Notes: a model not told the origin generated them from the letters alone. Shown: positions 37,690 through 51,402, counted from the first letter of the whole stretch. The stretch: DNA of 64,000 nt, filler included, from Atractiella rhizophila (GCA_021432655.1; 37 parts of 37 records of this genome joined end to end with filler, not necessarily neighbours in it), one strand, 5' to 3'. Program-made: numbers and translations.

Positions 37690-38554
37690 ACGATGAGTGA
37701 ACATTAAAAAAGCGGAGGACAAAACACACACCTCATATACATCAAAAAATGCAATTCCTCATTGCTTCGCCATTATCTATCGTATTTTAGACGTGAGTAG
37801 CGCAAATGGGAGGCCTAAGATGTAGCTTCAACGACGTATAATGTATATTGGGAACGAGTGAACGTTAAAAAAAGCGGAGGACAAAATATGCACCTCATAT
37901 CCATCAAAATATGCAATTCCACATTGCTTTGCCATTATCCATCGTATTTTAGACGTAAGTAGCGCGAATGGGAGGACTGAGATGTATCTTCAACGACGTA
38001 TAATGTGTATTGAGAACGAGCGAATATTAAAAAAAGCGGAGGACAAAATACGCACCTCATATACATCAAAAACGCAACTCCTCATTGCTTCGCCATTATC
38101 CATCGTATTTTAGACGTGAGTAGCACGAATGGGAGGCCTAAGACGTAGCTTCAACGACGTATAATGTATATTGAGAACGAGTGAACATTAAAAAAAGCGG
38201 AGGACAAAACACGCACTTCGTAAACATCAAAAAACGCAATTCCTCATTGCTTCGCTATTATCCATTGTATTTTAGACGTGAGGGCGAGGAGCGATGGGCT
38301 TGGGGGCTAGATATTACGACGTATAATGCGTAATAAGAGTGAGCAAACATCAAAAAAAAAGCGAAGGAAAAAATACACACCCTATATATGTCAAACATAT
38401 GATTCCATATTACTTCGCCATTATCCATCGTATCTCAGGCGTGAGTACATCGAATGCGAGGCCTGAGAGCTAGCTATCACGATGTATAAAGATTATTAGC
38501 ATTGAGGGGATATTAACAAAGCAGAGCATCAACTCACATTATATTTACATTGTC
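37690..38554. repeat. Tandem array of ~162-bp units (~5.3 copies, running off the contig end)
   Basis: The A-run+GCGGAGGACAAAA anchor lies at 37712, 37874, 38036 and 38197, with diverged copies at 38361 and 38521. Confidence 0.92.
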
Positions 38555-41500
38555 NNNNNNNNNNNNNNNNNNNNNNNNNNNNNNNNNNNNNNNNNNNNTT
38601 AATTAATTAANNNNNNNNNNNNNNNNNNNNNNNNNNNNNNNNNNNNNNNNNNNNGCCTGTTCCAAAGGGGAGAAAAGAACGAAAAACGACTGCGACTTCG
38701 GATGCACGCAGGAGGGCATGCTCAACTTTCAAGCTGATGAATATGTCCCGCCCGCCAATCTCGTACTGGGCATGGGACTTGGAACCTCGAAAGGAATTCA
38801 CGATTAAGTGTTGCTTTGACGAAGAGAGATAGTACAAGCCCTCGAAACAACCGCTCACCCTGCTTCATCCGAATCCGACTCTCGCAACTCCATCGCTTGA
38901 TTCGATCTGATTTTACTCATACGGTTCCCATCAAGCGAAGAGGCATAATCTGCCTTCGTTTCAAAGTCACGGCGCTCACGATGATGAAAGGAATCAAAAA
39001 TGAAGAATTTGAACGAAACCATTTACTCAAGAAAGATTCATGTAAGATTAGTATGACTTAGATATCGAACTAAGAGATAACGAAGTGGTTTCCAAACATT
39101 CTGAGAGCCTGGTTGCCTCAATTGTTCAGATAGATTGCTTGAAATCCTCGATGCTGCACATGCACGAATTAAGGCCTTCAGTTCTGGGAGTGAACAGGAG
39201 AGTAGGATACCGCATCACGCTCCTCACTCTCGGAGAGGCGCTGATGGTCGTACTTGATCTGTCTGAAGTCGAGGTCCAGACCCAAGTGCTTTGGCTTCCA
39301 ACAGGGTACGACGAAAAGCTGCTCTTCATCTCTGATGTCCGCCTTGTGAGCGACCAGCACGGTGTTAGGGAACGCGAGACGGTCCGGAGATCTTATCTTG
39401 CGCAACAGAAAGGGCGATAATGCTGTTGACATCCACGCCGAGGATGAGTGTCTCGTCCTCAGCCAACTTTTGCTTCCATTGGATGAGGTAAGCACAACAC
39501 CTTTATCTGGACTTTATGTCAATATTGGCAAGTGGGAGATCAGGGTATACCATCAGTTGGATTGGAGATGGACTCACTTGTTTACAAGAAAGTATAGACA
39601 CTAAGACAGTATTCGTTACTGAATCTAGTACCTTGGACCGCTGAAGCAGGCTTCTTTCAACTCCAAACGCTGATCTTTCCTAGGAGATATGAAACCCAGG
39701 CCATTGCTCATGTAGCGTATTGGGAAGTGGCTACATCTATAAGACGTAGAAGTATCGCATGAATACTAGCAGAACAAAGGAAGCGGAAAACGAAGTCTTT
39801 AATATGGTCAGTAGACATTATTCATGTTATAGACGATGCACAGTCCGTCCATAAACAAGAACTCATGAATATCATAGATATACAGAAAATGTGAGTCTGG
39901 AAGCGGAGGCCCCTCGACTGAGAGTTGGCCCTAGCCAAGAAAGCCGTCGTCTTTCACAGGACGGGCTTGAAGGTTGAGGTATAAACATATTTGTGTTCTC
40001 AAGTATTTGTCCGTCGTCAGCTGAGAACCATTCGTCGACATCCATTGGATCAGGTTGGGACGCTGGACTATGTGAAAGGGGACAGCCCTAGCCTTGGGTT
40101 GCCCATCCATCTCTGAGGATTCAGAAGAGTAAGAACTAGCGGTATAAAGGCTGGTCGATCCTGAATGAAGGTCTGGCTATTGACACCTTGCTGATGCGTG
40201 ATTAACGACTTGAGTCGTCGTTTAGTGAGGAACAACTAAAGAATAGGATGAGAATCTAAATTCGGTTCCGAGACGAGCNNNNNNNNNNNNNNNNNNNNNN
40301 NNNNNNNNNNNNNNNNNNNNNNTTAATTAATTAANNNNNNNNNNNNNNNNNNNNNNNNNNNNNNNNNNNNNNNNNNNNGAATATCCGAGTCATTGAAATT
40401 GAAGCATCCGGTTTTTCTCCTCCAGAGATCCATCACATTGAGAAAGTGGTGTCAGGTTTCGAATTGGAATCTGCCAGCACCGAAGGTTGTATGCACGTTT
40501 CTCCTCCACCCATGACGACCTCGAGACTTCGCTCCACAGCGTCCTCACCCGTCAACATACTGCCTCTTCCACCGGTTCCCTCGCTCCCACGGAGCCTTCA
40601 ACGCCTGATGGTTTCCTTCATCAGTCAAGGAAGAAGACAGTCCCTTACATCGTCCAACTCACCGATGGAGGTTGCGAATACAAGTTCCTAGAAGACGAGG
40701 ATTGCAACAATCGCTCTCCTTCTCCCACCCCTGCAATGCAGAAACAAAGTCATGGACCGATGCCTCTTCAGAAAGAGCTGAGAGTGATGATTAGGAGACC
40801 GAACCTTGTGAAGCCCGAGGACGTGGAGGCGGTGTATGAGAGCGGTCACCGTGCGGGACCTTTTGTTCGCAGAGGGGGAAGAAAAGCGGAACAACCCTGT
40901 CGCTTGGGGAGTGAGGTTATGTGGAGGAACAAACGAGCGACAGTGGAGAATGGAGAAGGACTTAGCCCAACTCAACTCAGTGACGCCAATACAGCCGGAA
41001 GTTTGCGTGGTCCAGTGCATGACGGAATTGAAGAAGGAGACGCAGTGATTACCGCGTTCGTGAGTCCATTACTCGGTAAATGCTTCTCAAATGCTTGGGC
41101 TCGAATTAGATCCATACGGACAACATCAAACTTCTCTTCCACACCTCTTTTGAAGACAACAAGCTTTCATCCCCTCGTGATGCCACTTTGGCAATACTGA
41201 CGACAAAACTTGTCTGCCCCCCCGGGAGTATATCGAGTTTAGCGCAAAATGACGGAGCGTCGTCTTGCCTCAGTCTAAACTTTCCTATTTGTCATTCTAC
41301 ATTGGATGAAGCTGAAAATACTTTTGTTGTTAGTGTAGAATGTAATAATGATTATTTCGCTTTTCAGAGGTTTCATATACTTGTGGATACATTGTTCTAG
41401 AAACGTCAAGACAAATAAGATAAGAAAAAAAGCGAGAACTTGTGGCAAAAGAGGAATGTTATAGAATTGCCACTCAAGTGAGATGGCAGGATGAATCATG

Positions 41501-42101
41501 AATGAAAACAACTTTTGTTGCCCAATTCGCGTCGCGTCCCTCTTATGGATAAGATTGGTCAATGGAGCAGTTTCAATTGATTGCGATGGGTCGCGGTCTG
41601 AGCTTAGCTGTCCTTGAACACGACTGTTGACAGTAATCAAGGTTTTCGTAATACAAGCCGCTCCTAAGAGCCAATCCTAACTTGTTACACTCTCCACTCC
41701 CTGAGCATTCCCTGCAGTCCGGGTTTTTGTTTGACTTAGTGGCGAGAGCGGGTTAGCGATGGTTTTCACCCGTTGTCGACAATGACAAATGTATTAGCGC
41801 TGCAAAGTGCGAGATAACAATGAGTATAAGTTGCATTCAGTATGTAAGGGAAAACTACATTACCTGTGAAGTGCGAGATAACGATGAGTATAAGTCTCGC
41901 ACTTGCAGGTTTACAAGCTTTTATAACAGAGAGATCCCTGTGGCAAAAGGTTGGCCACAGTTTCAGAAAGTGCTCGAAGGAAACTAAACGCGCAGCGAGA
42001 GNNNNNNNNNNNNNNNNNNNNNNNNNNNNNNNNNNNNNNNNNNNNTTAATTAATTAANNNNNNNNNNNNNNNNNNNNNNNNNNNNNNNNNNNNNNNNNNN
42101 N

Positions 42102-43608
42102 CCCAGACCTCAGAATGGAGAGTCGTGAAGTGCAAGCCGTCACTTACGTCGGTCCCTATCAGCAGAGGTGACTTCATCGCTGCCCAAAGGGCAAAGTGCG
42201 TGCGTTGTTCGGCCTACGACCATGTCTTGTGATCTGGAAGGTGGATTGAAATCGACTGACCAGCGTGAGATTTCCGTTGTTAACCTGCACGAGGACTACG
42301 GTTAGACGGCCTTGATGTTTTTAAAGGAAACAATATGCTTACTTCCAGCATATCAGCGTCATTGTGTCCCCAAAAATCCACTGAATTCAGTTTAAAAGAG
42401 TTAATGTTAAGTATATGTTTTACTTTCGTCCATTTGGCGGAGATGTCACCGCTGAAGAGAACGCATCATTCCTAATGGTGCAACTGCAATTTGAGACGGA
42501 GACGTACCTCATCCGCCAGGATTGAGACGTGGCATTGCCCCAACTGAAAACGTCTGCCGTCCCCCAGGAGCAAAGAGAGTAGAAGATGGTGCGTTTCTGT
42601 GCATTCAAAGCGTTCCTCATCCGGCGATAACGCTCAGCCGATTTTGATTTCGACCAATCGTACCCATCTGGTGCCTGAAAAAATAACATTCAAGTTAATT
42701 TATCGAAGGAGTGTGACCTTACCAGATTAGGTACAGTGTCACGAGAACACGTACCATTCGCGCCTGTCTTGACGTGGTCTGGATGACAATAGACATATTC
42801 GTCTTGCCAGTCGGTTGGGACGTTGCAGTTGTCGTATTTCAGGTCTAGTGTATCCTCGTCAAAAGTGGAGAAAAGCCAGTGAAGAGAAGAAAGCAAACAA
42901 TCGATCCCCCACTCTGCCCATGTCGCAGCATCCACCTCTTCGAACTCAAGACTGAGGCGCGTCGAGTCAGGGAGTGAGAAAGGGTTGCAACGATTGGATT
43001 ACAAACCTTGCAGGATATCCAGCGCACGTCAGTGTCCCTGAAAATGCTCAGATTGAGCTCAGCATCATCAACGATGGATGTTGACGTACCAGCGGATGAG
43101 TAAATTCCAATCTTTAATCCCAATGCATGGACCTTATCCGCGAGTCCATTGATGCCATCAGGGAACCTCGTCGAATTGACGACAATTCGCTGTGTCTTCG
43201 AATCTCTCTCCTTCTCGGACCAGCAATCGTCAACTATGAAGAATCACTGCGTTTGTATCTACTGTGTGGCAGAGACGAGGCTTACTGTTTACGTATTCAT
43301 ATCCTGCATCTTTCAGTCCTAAATCAACCAGTTTTTGAGCCGCCGACAGAAATTTTTCCGCCGTGATATCGCCTTATGCCACGTCTGTGGTTTAGTCGTT
43401 GACTCCTCAAAGAGACATAGCCGCACAATGATATGCGTTCCAGCTTACAACATGTGATTTAGCAGCAGACCTAAAGGCAGAGGCAAAGCATTCACCTATT
43501 CCATCCTAGAGCAGGTAACTTGCCAGTATGTCCATCTTGAGCAACTTCAGCGGTTCCAATCGAAAAGTAGCTGGCCAAAGTGGTTAGAAAAAGGGCCGTC
43601 TGCCTCAT
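42102..43608 (-). CDS. Secreted alpha-galactosidase, GH27, multi-intron, 3' partial
   Basis: Signal peptide, LPALGWNSWNAY, IDDCWS, GIYSSAG, LKYDNC, YSLCSWG, SWRMSGD, NDADMLE and [15 protein letters not shown]. Confidence 0.95.
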
Positions 43609-43823
43609 ACTTGTCGAGTTCTTAAGTGGAGGAAGGCACACATTCAAATTGCAGGACGGCATCCTCTTTAAGTAAGAGCTGGACGAGCCCCAAATAGCTA
43701 GCCTGGCATCCCCTCATGCTAACNNNNNNNNNNNNNNNNNNNNNNNNNNNNNNNNNNNNNNNNNNNNTTAATTAATTAANNNNNNNNNNNNNNNNNNNNN
43801 NNNNNNNNNNNNNNNNNNNNNNN

Positions 43824-45022
43824 CTTACGCAGGCACAACCAGGACTTTAAGAATGAAGAGGAAGCGGAGTTTGGAGGGATGGATGAGGAGGAAGGGGTAC
43901 TGTAAGAGCCAGAAGAGGGAGCTATATTCAAGAAGTGCCTTAGAATGTCTCTTTTAAATTTGATGAAAAGTAACGTGCTAGGAACGCAATTGCTGGCTCG
44001 TCACTCCTCCTCCCTTTGGGAGATGATTGGGAAAGTGAGCATACGAGGGCCAAATAGCTCGAATCATGCCAGTGATTGCAGATCCACCTTTGGCGCCAAA
44101 TCAATCAAACTTGCACGCATTGAATCAGGGAAACAGGGCGACATACCATTCCAAGAATTGATGCCGAACCAAAACCAGCTCAATATCAACCTAGAAACGA
44201 CGGCAAAGAGTGAAAAGTAATATCCGAATGATGTGCGAACGGTCATCTGGAAGGGAATGTGAAGGTAAGCGCCCGTCGCACCATTGAGGACCATCGCTGC
44301 AGCGTACAAATGAGCGCCGGGAAGAAGGTGATGAGATAATAAACCTTGCAAAACGTACCAATGGACAATAGGAAGGAGCCAAGCGCCATGATTCCAATGG
44401 ATTGACGCCAATCAAGGCCGAGCGCGACGATTGAAATGCCAAGCACTACCATCCGTCCACCGTTTCGTAATCGCTTCTGTGCTCTCGACCTACTGGTAGT
44501 AGGTGTAGAGAAAGAAAACTCACGCCCCCTTTTGCCAGATGGTTGCGGTGAGAAGGTCGGAGAACCAGTAGGCAGCTGTTCGTTGCAGCTTTGTAAGCAT
44601 CCCTGCGACAACTCGAGAAGAGGGAAATAGAGAAACGGCGCACCCCATGTCCAGAAACCCCATGTTCGCTGCCAAGGAGGGGTAGGATCCATATCGGCAT
44701 TGGTATCCACCCCCTGCTCAAACCCAACCAGCCAAGGTATTAAGGCACCATCCGAAAAGTAGCATCACATGTCAAGATGAGATGTGCCATCCATGCGATC
44801 AATAAAAAAAAGCAACATGCAAAAGCAAAGTCAGAAACTCCATCAACCAGCCATGTACAAATACGATGTAACGAAGAGACTCACAGGAGGAGCATAGGTG
44901 CTTTTGGGCCTTGGCAATTTCCAAGCGGTGATAGAAGTAGACTTGGACTTCACCTCTTCCACCTTCCTCTCCCATCTCTCCCCCACCCTCTGTCGCAACT
45001 CGCTGGCGTTGAGATTGACCAT
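43824..45022 (-). CDS. NCS1 nucleobase:cation symporter (Fur4/Dal4-like), 3' partial
   Basis: NADMDPTPPWQRTW, GLDWRQS, GAYLHIPFQMTVRTSFG, WFGINSWNG and PFLLIHPSKLR. Confidence 0.88.
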
Positions 45023-46061
45023 CTGTTACTATCCTGTCCTCTGCAGTTGTTTAACGCGTCACGATAAGTGGTTACCTGTCCACGACGGAATGTGGTTCTT
45101 AAACCTGGATTGACCCTAGATTGACCTCAAGTGAAGTGAAAGGCAGAAAGGCGAAGGAGAGGAGGGTTTTTATGTTTTGAACGGGGCAGTTCATGTCCTC
45201 GCAGCAAATTTGAGCGTGAGATGGAATGAGATGGAATGAGGTTTCCTAACCAAGTTTCCAAACTTTCTGAAACTCTCTCAGAACAAAGAGGGGGGGGTTT
45301 AAGAATGGATTGGCAGGAGATGAGTACGACTACGACTACAAATTATCTGCGTAAGAAATCAGACCAAACAAGAAGTGTCTGATAGGCTACGGAAGAGAAA
45401 GCACTATTTCTATGACCAATGATAGCATCTAAGAGAGAGGAGTTGNNNNNNNNNNNNNNNNNNNNNNNNNNNNNNNNNNNNNNNNNNNNTTAATTAATTA
45501 ANNNNNNNNNNNNNNNNNNNNNNNNNNNNNNNNNNNNNNNNNNNNAGCGGAATGCAGGGCGTGGAGAGATGGGAGCACGCTGAAGGATGGACGGGAACGC
45601 AGCTTTTCGTAGGACAATCATGCCTTCACAAAACCATTTCGTTCGACTCCTTGGATGCAACGGAAACTTACTGTGTTTCTAGCTTTTATGGTACTTTCAC
45701 GCTCCAAGCTTTCTATGAGCCCCTTAGACGTTCCGTAGAAGTCACCCAAACACCAGCTCCAGCAAGACTTCAGCTAACTTCAATGGAAGAAAAAGTGTCG
45801 GTGGACATCCAACGGAGCCGCTCAGTCGCTGACTTCTCACGTGAGCGTTCGAACGGAAAGCTATCTTTGTTGCTTTCTCTGCATTTTCCCCCTCCTGCTC
45901 ATTGTATCAGAGCGCAGTGCTCCGAGTTGCGAGGTTGATGAAATCTAATCGTTAGAAAGTAATGAGCAAGTATTATTTATCAGGACAAAAGTCTTTGGTA
46001 TGTGCTGGTGTAGCTTCAGGCTTTGAAGAGGATAGGAAGCCCGTATTTTACTTTTATGTTT

Positions 46062-47163
46062 CTACAGCTTTGACTTTCGACCTATCCAGAATTGCGCTCG
46101 GTAAATGCTCTCCAGCAGCGATTCCGGCTTCTGATTGTACGTCGTTTTTATTTCTCTCTCGTCCTGTTCTTGCACTTTAGTTGCCAATCCAAATACAAAG
46201 AAAAGGCGAACCTCGATCTTAAATCCAATTTTCCGAGCTAAATTTTTAATGGCATCGATAGGTAGCTCGATACTCGTGATGGTGGGGTCTCGTGAACTTT
46301 CAAAATGCCACAGATTGGGCCTTTGACGAGAATACTTTGAGGTGCTCTCAGACTTATGCAGAAGAGAAAGACGTACCCCAGGTTGATCCACAGACCTCCG
46401 GGCTTCAATAGGCGCCAAATAGTTTCTAGATAATCTACAACGTTCGTTGCCGTGTCAATAAAGAAGCAGGTGACCACAGCGTCCCACTGCCCTAATTGTC
46501 AATCAGCTTTTCACGCGAAAGTGGATAGCGGATATAGATGTACCTTCCTGCTCCGCTGTATTGTAGACCGCAACGAACTCCCCACAAATCATGCTGAATT
46601 CACCCCTTTCTTCACTCTTAGTCGCTTGTGAGGGACAGACATCCGGGATACGAGCTGGAGCTAGAATGGAAGCGGAAGAGAAGGAGTTGGAAAAGCTGTG
46701 GACAGAGGGATAAATTGTGTATTGTTCCGCGGATGTGCATCTAGAAGCCTAATGCTCAGTGATCGAGTTCGAAAATCTGAAGAGAAGGGAGAACTTGTTG
46801 AGAATGAGGAACGAAGAAAATATCATGAACACCGAAACTTCATTGCCTACTCTTTGATCAGATTGCGTTTCGAAAATGGAGGAGACGCACCTTGTGACGC
46901 AAAACCTGGAGTGCACACAACAGAATCAGTTGCTAACAAACAGTCTGGTCATGACGCACCGACGTTGCTCAGCTCCCAACTCAGTCTAGCGAGACCAGAT
47001 CCAGGATTCAAAACTTTTATATTCCCTCTGAACTTGTTCGCATCAGCGATATTGTCCTTTTCACGAAGAGAGAGGTGCATACCTCTCTTTTTCTCCATAT
47101 TCCTGTACGAGAAACTCGATTATCGGTTCATAGGTCTCCCGACGTTCTTTTGCTCCCTAAATC
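46062..47163 (-). CDS. Carnosine N-methyltransferase-like (N2227 domain), C-terminal part
   Basis: [52 protein letters not shown] and SIELPI motifs. Confidence 0.85.
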
Positions 47164-47263
47164 NNNNNNNNNNNNNNNNNNNNNNNNNNNNNNNNNNNNN
47201 NNNNNNNTTAATTAATTAANNNNNNNNNNNNNNNNNNNNNNNNNNNNNNNNNNNNNNNNNNNN

Positions 47264-48681
47264 CTAGAGTACACACACCTATGCTCCTTTTGCTTGATTT
47301 GATTTGATGGTAAAGGACTCAGGGATACTATAGTAGATTGTTAGGAAGCATATTTGTGCTGAAAGAAACAGTTTCACTTGCACGAACACAACTTCTTCAG
47401 CACCTTTGATGTCTGGGTTAAATGCTTCCTTGGTTCGTGAGTTGGAGTGTTCTGCTTCGAAAATGTGCAGTTTACTGAGCAGTAGAGAAACCCGAAATCA
47501 CAATGTAGGCTAAGCTGCTGAGGTAATCTGAGGTAGGCTGTCTATGTGGAGGAGTGTTTGTTTTGAAAACACCTTTCAGAACGTGGTGCTGTGAAGTGGA
47601 AGATTTATGAGTGTAGAGAATCAAGTGCATGGACCTTCCCATGGGGACAGGTAGTAGAGGGGGTTGGTAGTTGGCTAGGTTTGGGTATGGGGCGGGCTTA
47701 ACTGCACCGAAGATGAATGCGGTCACTGCGGATGTGCCGGGACGATGAAATTAGAGCTACTCATTGGGAGCAGAAGGAGGGGTATGGAGGAGTGCTTTTT
47801 AACTATAAGTTCCACAATCCTTTTCTCACGGTCCATCCTGAGTGAAACCTTGAGAGAGGTACTTAAGAGAAGCTGGAGATGCTCGCAGCCAGGAATGTTA
47901 GACAGCCTGTCTTGCCAATCAGATTAGTATTGGTGCATCCAACAAAGTGTAAAAGATCCTTCCTCCGCCTTTTGCACCTTTCTGTTGAGTTTGTCACTGA
48001 GAGCTGTGTTATCTTCATTATTCTTCACCATATGAATGAGGGTTTGCTGCCGTGATGATTTGGTGGTAGGTTCGGCCATCTTATGACAACTTCGATCATG
48101 GACCGCAATACAAGGATGTTGCTGACAAGGGAACAAAGAAGGAGAGGCTGCTTTTATGAGGAAAGAGTGCTCGGACGAGGTTTGGGTAAAATTGCAGCAT
48201 TTACCTTGTGGATACATCTAAAGGGCATGATCAGCACTTCAATATCTTGGGTCAGTGAAAGAAAAGTGCTCACACAATGAATCAAACCTGAAACTAGCAA
48301 CGGCAGGCGAGAACAAGTGAGAACCAGGTGGACTTCCCAACCTTTTAAGACACAGAGTGGGGCTTCTTCACACTCTGAATAATAGCCAGGCCAACAAGCC
48401 CGACTAAATCTCAAACTCACCCAAGAACTTTAGGCAGGAAAGGCTACATAACCTTCTACACCCAACATCAAGCAGCCCAAGCTCCACTCCAAAATCGCTC
48501 AATCCAATCAAACCGTCCTGCCGGAAGCCATCATCCACATTATTCTGGGGCAGACAGGACGGTGCACACCTCCTCCTTATCATCGTCCACCTCATCATCT
48601 TTCGTCTGTGTGGGCGGACGGTGTCTGGTCTCGGTACCGCACACCGTCCAGCCGGAAATGCCGGCACGACAGCCATCCCTA
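47264..48681 (-). mobile_element. hAT-like element end with a decayed internal reading frame
   Basis: The minus strand starts TAGGGATGGCTGTCGTGCCGG at 48681, followed by GACGG/CCGT motifs and a stop-interrupted ORF (MAEPTTKSS...). Confidence 0.5.
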
Positions 48682-48978
48682 GTTCAGATGTGATCACAAA
48701 ATCTCTGGAATGACCCAAGCAGCTTAAGGGAGCAGAGGCGACACTTTCAAAGGCACGGAAATCCTTACAAGCAGGAGGAGGATAAATTCTTGTTGACGGC
48801 ATTGATATCTCTGGCCTCAACTATACAGATCCAACATTTGACTGCAGCAGTCCTACCATCCCTCAGTTACGAGCAATANNNNNNNNNNNNNNNNNNNNNN
48901 NNNNNNNNNNNNNNNNNNNNNNTTAATTAATTAANNNNNNNNNNNNNNNNNNNNNNNNNNNNNNNNNNNNNNNNNNNN

Positions 48979-49638
48979 GTCGTTCTAGATAAATTTGCGA
49001 GATCATCATCATACGATTCCCCAATCCTTCGAAACCAATTATTGGATTCTGTCGTCCAGGCTCATTATTCCCTCATCCCATTAAGACAGGCAATACAAGC
49101 GGGCGTAAACCTGGACGGAATTGCCAAGATTGTGGATTGGGTGCACGAGCGGCTAGCATGGTCTAATGAGGACAACCTTTCGCCAAGGTCTGAAACTTAC
49201 GAGGCACAATCCGACATGGCATTGAAGGAGAATCTTTCGGTCTCGTCATGGACAACTGGCGATCTTTTCGACATCAAGAAAGAATCGGGGCATCGTGTGC
49301 GTTCTGCTGAAGCCTTTGACAAGCTCATATGTTTCCTTGAACTTATTCTGGATGCATTCTTCGTCCGCCTCGCACAACATCCATCAACAAGCCACACATC
49401 CCTTTCCAGATTGCGTAGCGTAACCCTCTCGCATATTTCCCGGATTGAAGATTTGGACAACCTCAAGGGAGTTTTCGATACATTCGGGAGAGTACTTGCG
49501 GCAGAACGCGGGGAAGAACGGCGCGAGAAGAAGAGGGAAAAGCTTCGACAGGAACAAGGTAGAAAACGGACAAAGGATAATGATAGAAGTGAGAATCAAG
49601 TTGTCGCCGCATTTACGGTTGAACTTTTGGAATTTTAG
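48979..49638 (+). CDS. C-terminal part of a helical protein, possibly Utp8/NOL11-like
   Basis: Open frame to TAG at 49638. LELILDAFF...L..LKG and the terminal AFTVELLEF resemble Utp8-type C-termini, a weak recognition only. Confidence 0.35.
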   Translation, partial: VVLDKFARSSSYDSPILRNQLLDSVVQAHYSLIPLRQAIQAGVNLDGIAKIVDWVHERLAWSNEDNLSPRSETYEAQSDMALKENLSVSSWTTGDLFDIKKESGHRVRSAEAFDKLICFLELILDAFFVRLAQHPSTSHTSLSRLRSVTLSHISRIEDLDNLKGVFDTFGRVLAAERGEERREKKREKLRQEQGRKRTKDNDRSENQVVAAFTVELLEF

Positions 49639-49764
49639 CTGGATTCGTCAAAAGTCCACTTTCTGAGAGTGTCTCCTCCTAGAAAGTCCTTTGGTCCAGT
49701 GCCATTAGAGTGAATTGCACGCAGTGTTATTGACATTTATTTTATATTCTTTCAACGTTTAGTA

Positions 49765-50591
49765 TTACCTGAATCCACCACGACCTCTGCCTCTGCCTCT
49801 CACCCCTCTTCCCGCCCCTGGTGGCGCGCGAGGGCCAGCTTGTGCCTATCATCTGAATGAACAACAAGTTGTATAATCAAGGCAAACCGTACCTGTTCGC
49901 TCTTAGGGTTTTGCACTGTCTCGTCCACGCTCAAAATCAAACAAGCTGCCTCGGTCGCTCCCTCCAAAGCATTTAACTTGACTAAACTGGGTTCCCAAAT
50001 GAACTTGACCATGTTGTCCTCACTGACTCCATGTGCAGCATCATCATCTAGGTCCACGCCGGCCCAAACTCTTCCGCTGTGATGAAGCATTCGAAGCTTG
50101 TTCAAAACATCCGTAGAATCGATGCCTGCGTTGTCACAGAGTTGCCGAGGGATAATCTCCAAAGCTTTTGCGAAGGCAGCGATGATGAGCTGTTGCTTCC
50201 CTTCAATCGTCCGGGAGTGGTCGCGCAAATATTTGGAAATTTCCATCTGTTCACGAGAATTAGCACATGAAATAGAGAAAGCACATTGACACACCTCCGC
50301 TGCTCCGCCGCCCGCAACGACGTGAGTATTTTTTACAGCACGTTTGACCACCATGATAGCGTCATTAAGGCTCCGTTCAACCTCTTCGATAAACTGCTCC
50401 GCTCCGCCGCGAAGTATCAGGGTACAGGTACCTTTGCCTCTTTCACCCCCTTCCTCGAATTCGAAGAAATTGAATCTCTCCCCTCCGATCTGACGCTCCT
50501 CAAAAGTCTCGCAAAGCCCAAAAAAGCGCTTCTTTCCGGTCTCCTTGTCCACCTCATTAAGGTCGGTGCAGGTAGTAGAGATAGCAGCTCC
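49765..50591 (-). CDS. CCT7: TCP-1/CCT chaperonin subunit eta, C-terminal part
   Basis: [63 protein letters not shown] and an RG-rich tail ([15 protein letters not shown]). Confidence 0.93.
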
Positions 50592-51402
50592 NNNNNNNNN
50601 NNNNNNNNNNNNNNNNNNNNNNNNNNNNNNNNNNNTTAATTAATTAANNNNNNNNNNNNNNNNNNNNNNNNNNNNNNNNNNNNNNNNNNNNGGATTTGAA
50701 GTATCTAAGTTGTGCTCTGTTCTACCCTAGTCGTCACTTGAGGTTACGAAAGCAAAGGAGCAGACAGAGGATTCCACGAAACTTTATTTTATGACAAGAA
50801 TGCACAATGTTGACAAACATAAGGAATAGGTTTATTTCGATAGTGGCCAATGTTTAATGCTGCTCTTGGTTGATGTGATGAGAAGCTGCGTTGTGCTCTC
50901 AGCTCAAAACAACTAGAAGGGGTGAAAGTCATTGAGCTTCTCATATAGACATGGAGGTAAGCGCTGATCAAATCGCCATTTCCAAATCCTTACTTTGGGT
51001 CGCTTTCTCTGAGGGAGCTCTCCGAACTGATTCACCATCCCCGGCCCACAGGGTTTGTTGCCATCACGAACACTGGAACTCGAGTGGACCGAATCAAGGT
51101 CAACGCTCGCGCTGAAGCTCCACACAACACTACTATAATCCATCATCCAGTTTCTGCCACACCGACTTTGGAGAGGACTTACCTCAGCCTCCACAATGCC
51201 CAGCTTTTTTGCTTGCGTTCCAGCTTCCATTTGGGAGACGAGACGGGTGGACTGCATTTCTAAACCCCGCGTCGAAGCGAGGGTGCAGCGACCGCAGGAG
51301 AAGTGACAGGAGAGGAGATAAAGAGGGCAGACTGATACCTAAAACAGAGAGCAATTTGAAACATTCGCAAGAAGTTGACGTTGAAGCAAACAGAAATTCA
51401 AG

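Noticed and set aside
37690..38554. 162-bp array as a CRISPR array or a 54-aa coding repeat
   Set aside because: The whole unit is repeated with no unique spacers, there are no cas genes, and variable A-tracts break the frame.
38655..41200. ORFs of 105-237 aa on two contigs
   Set aside because: Probably fragments of lineage-specific genes; no family can be assigned from the sequence alone.
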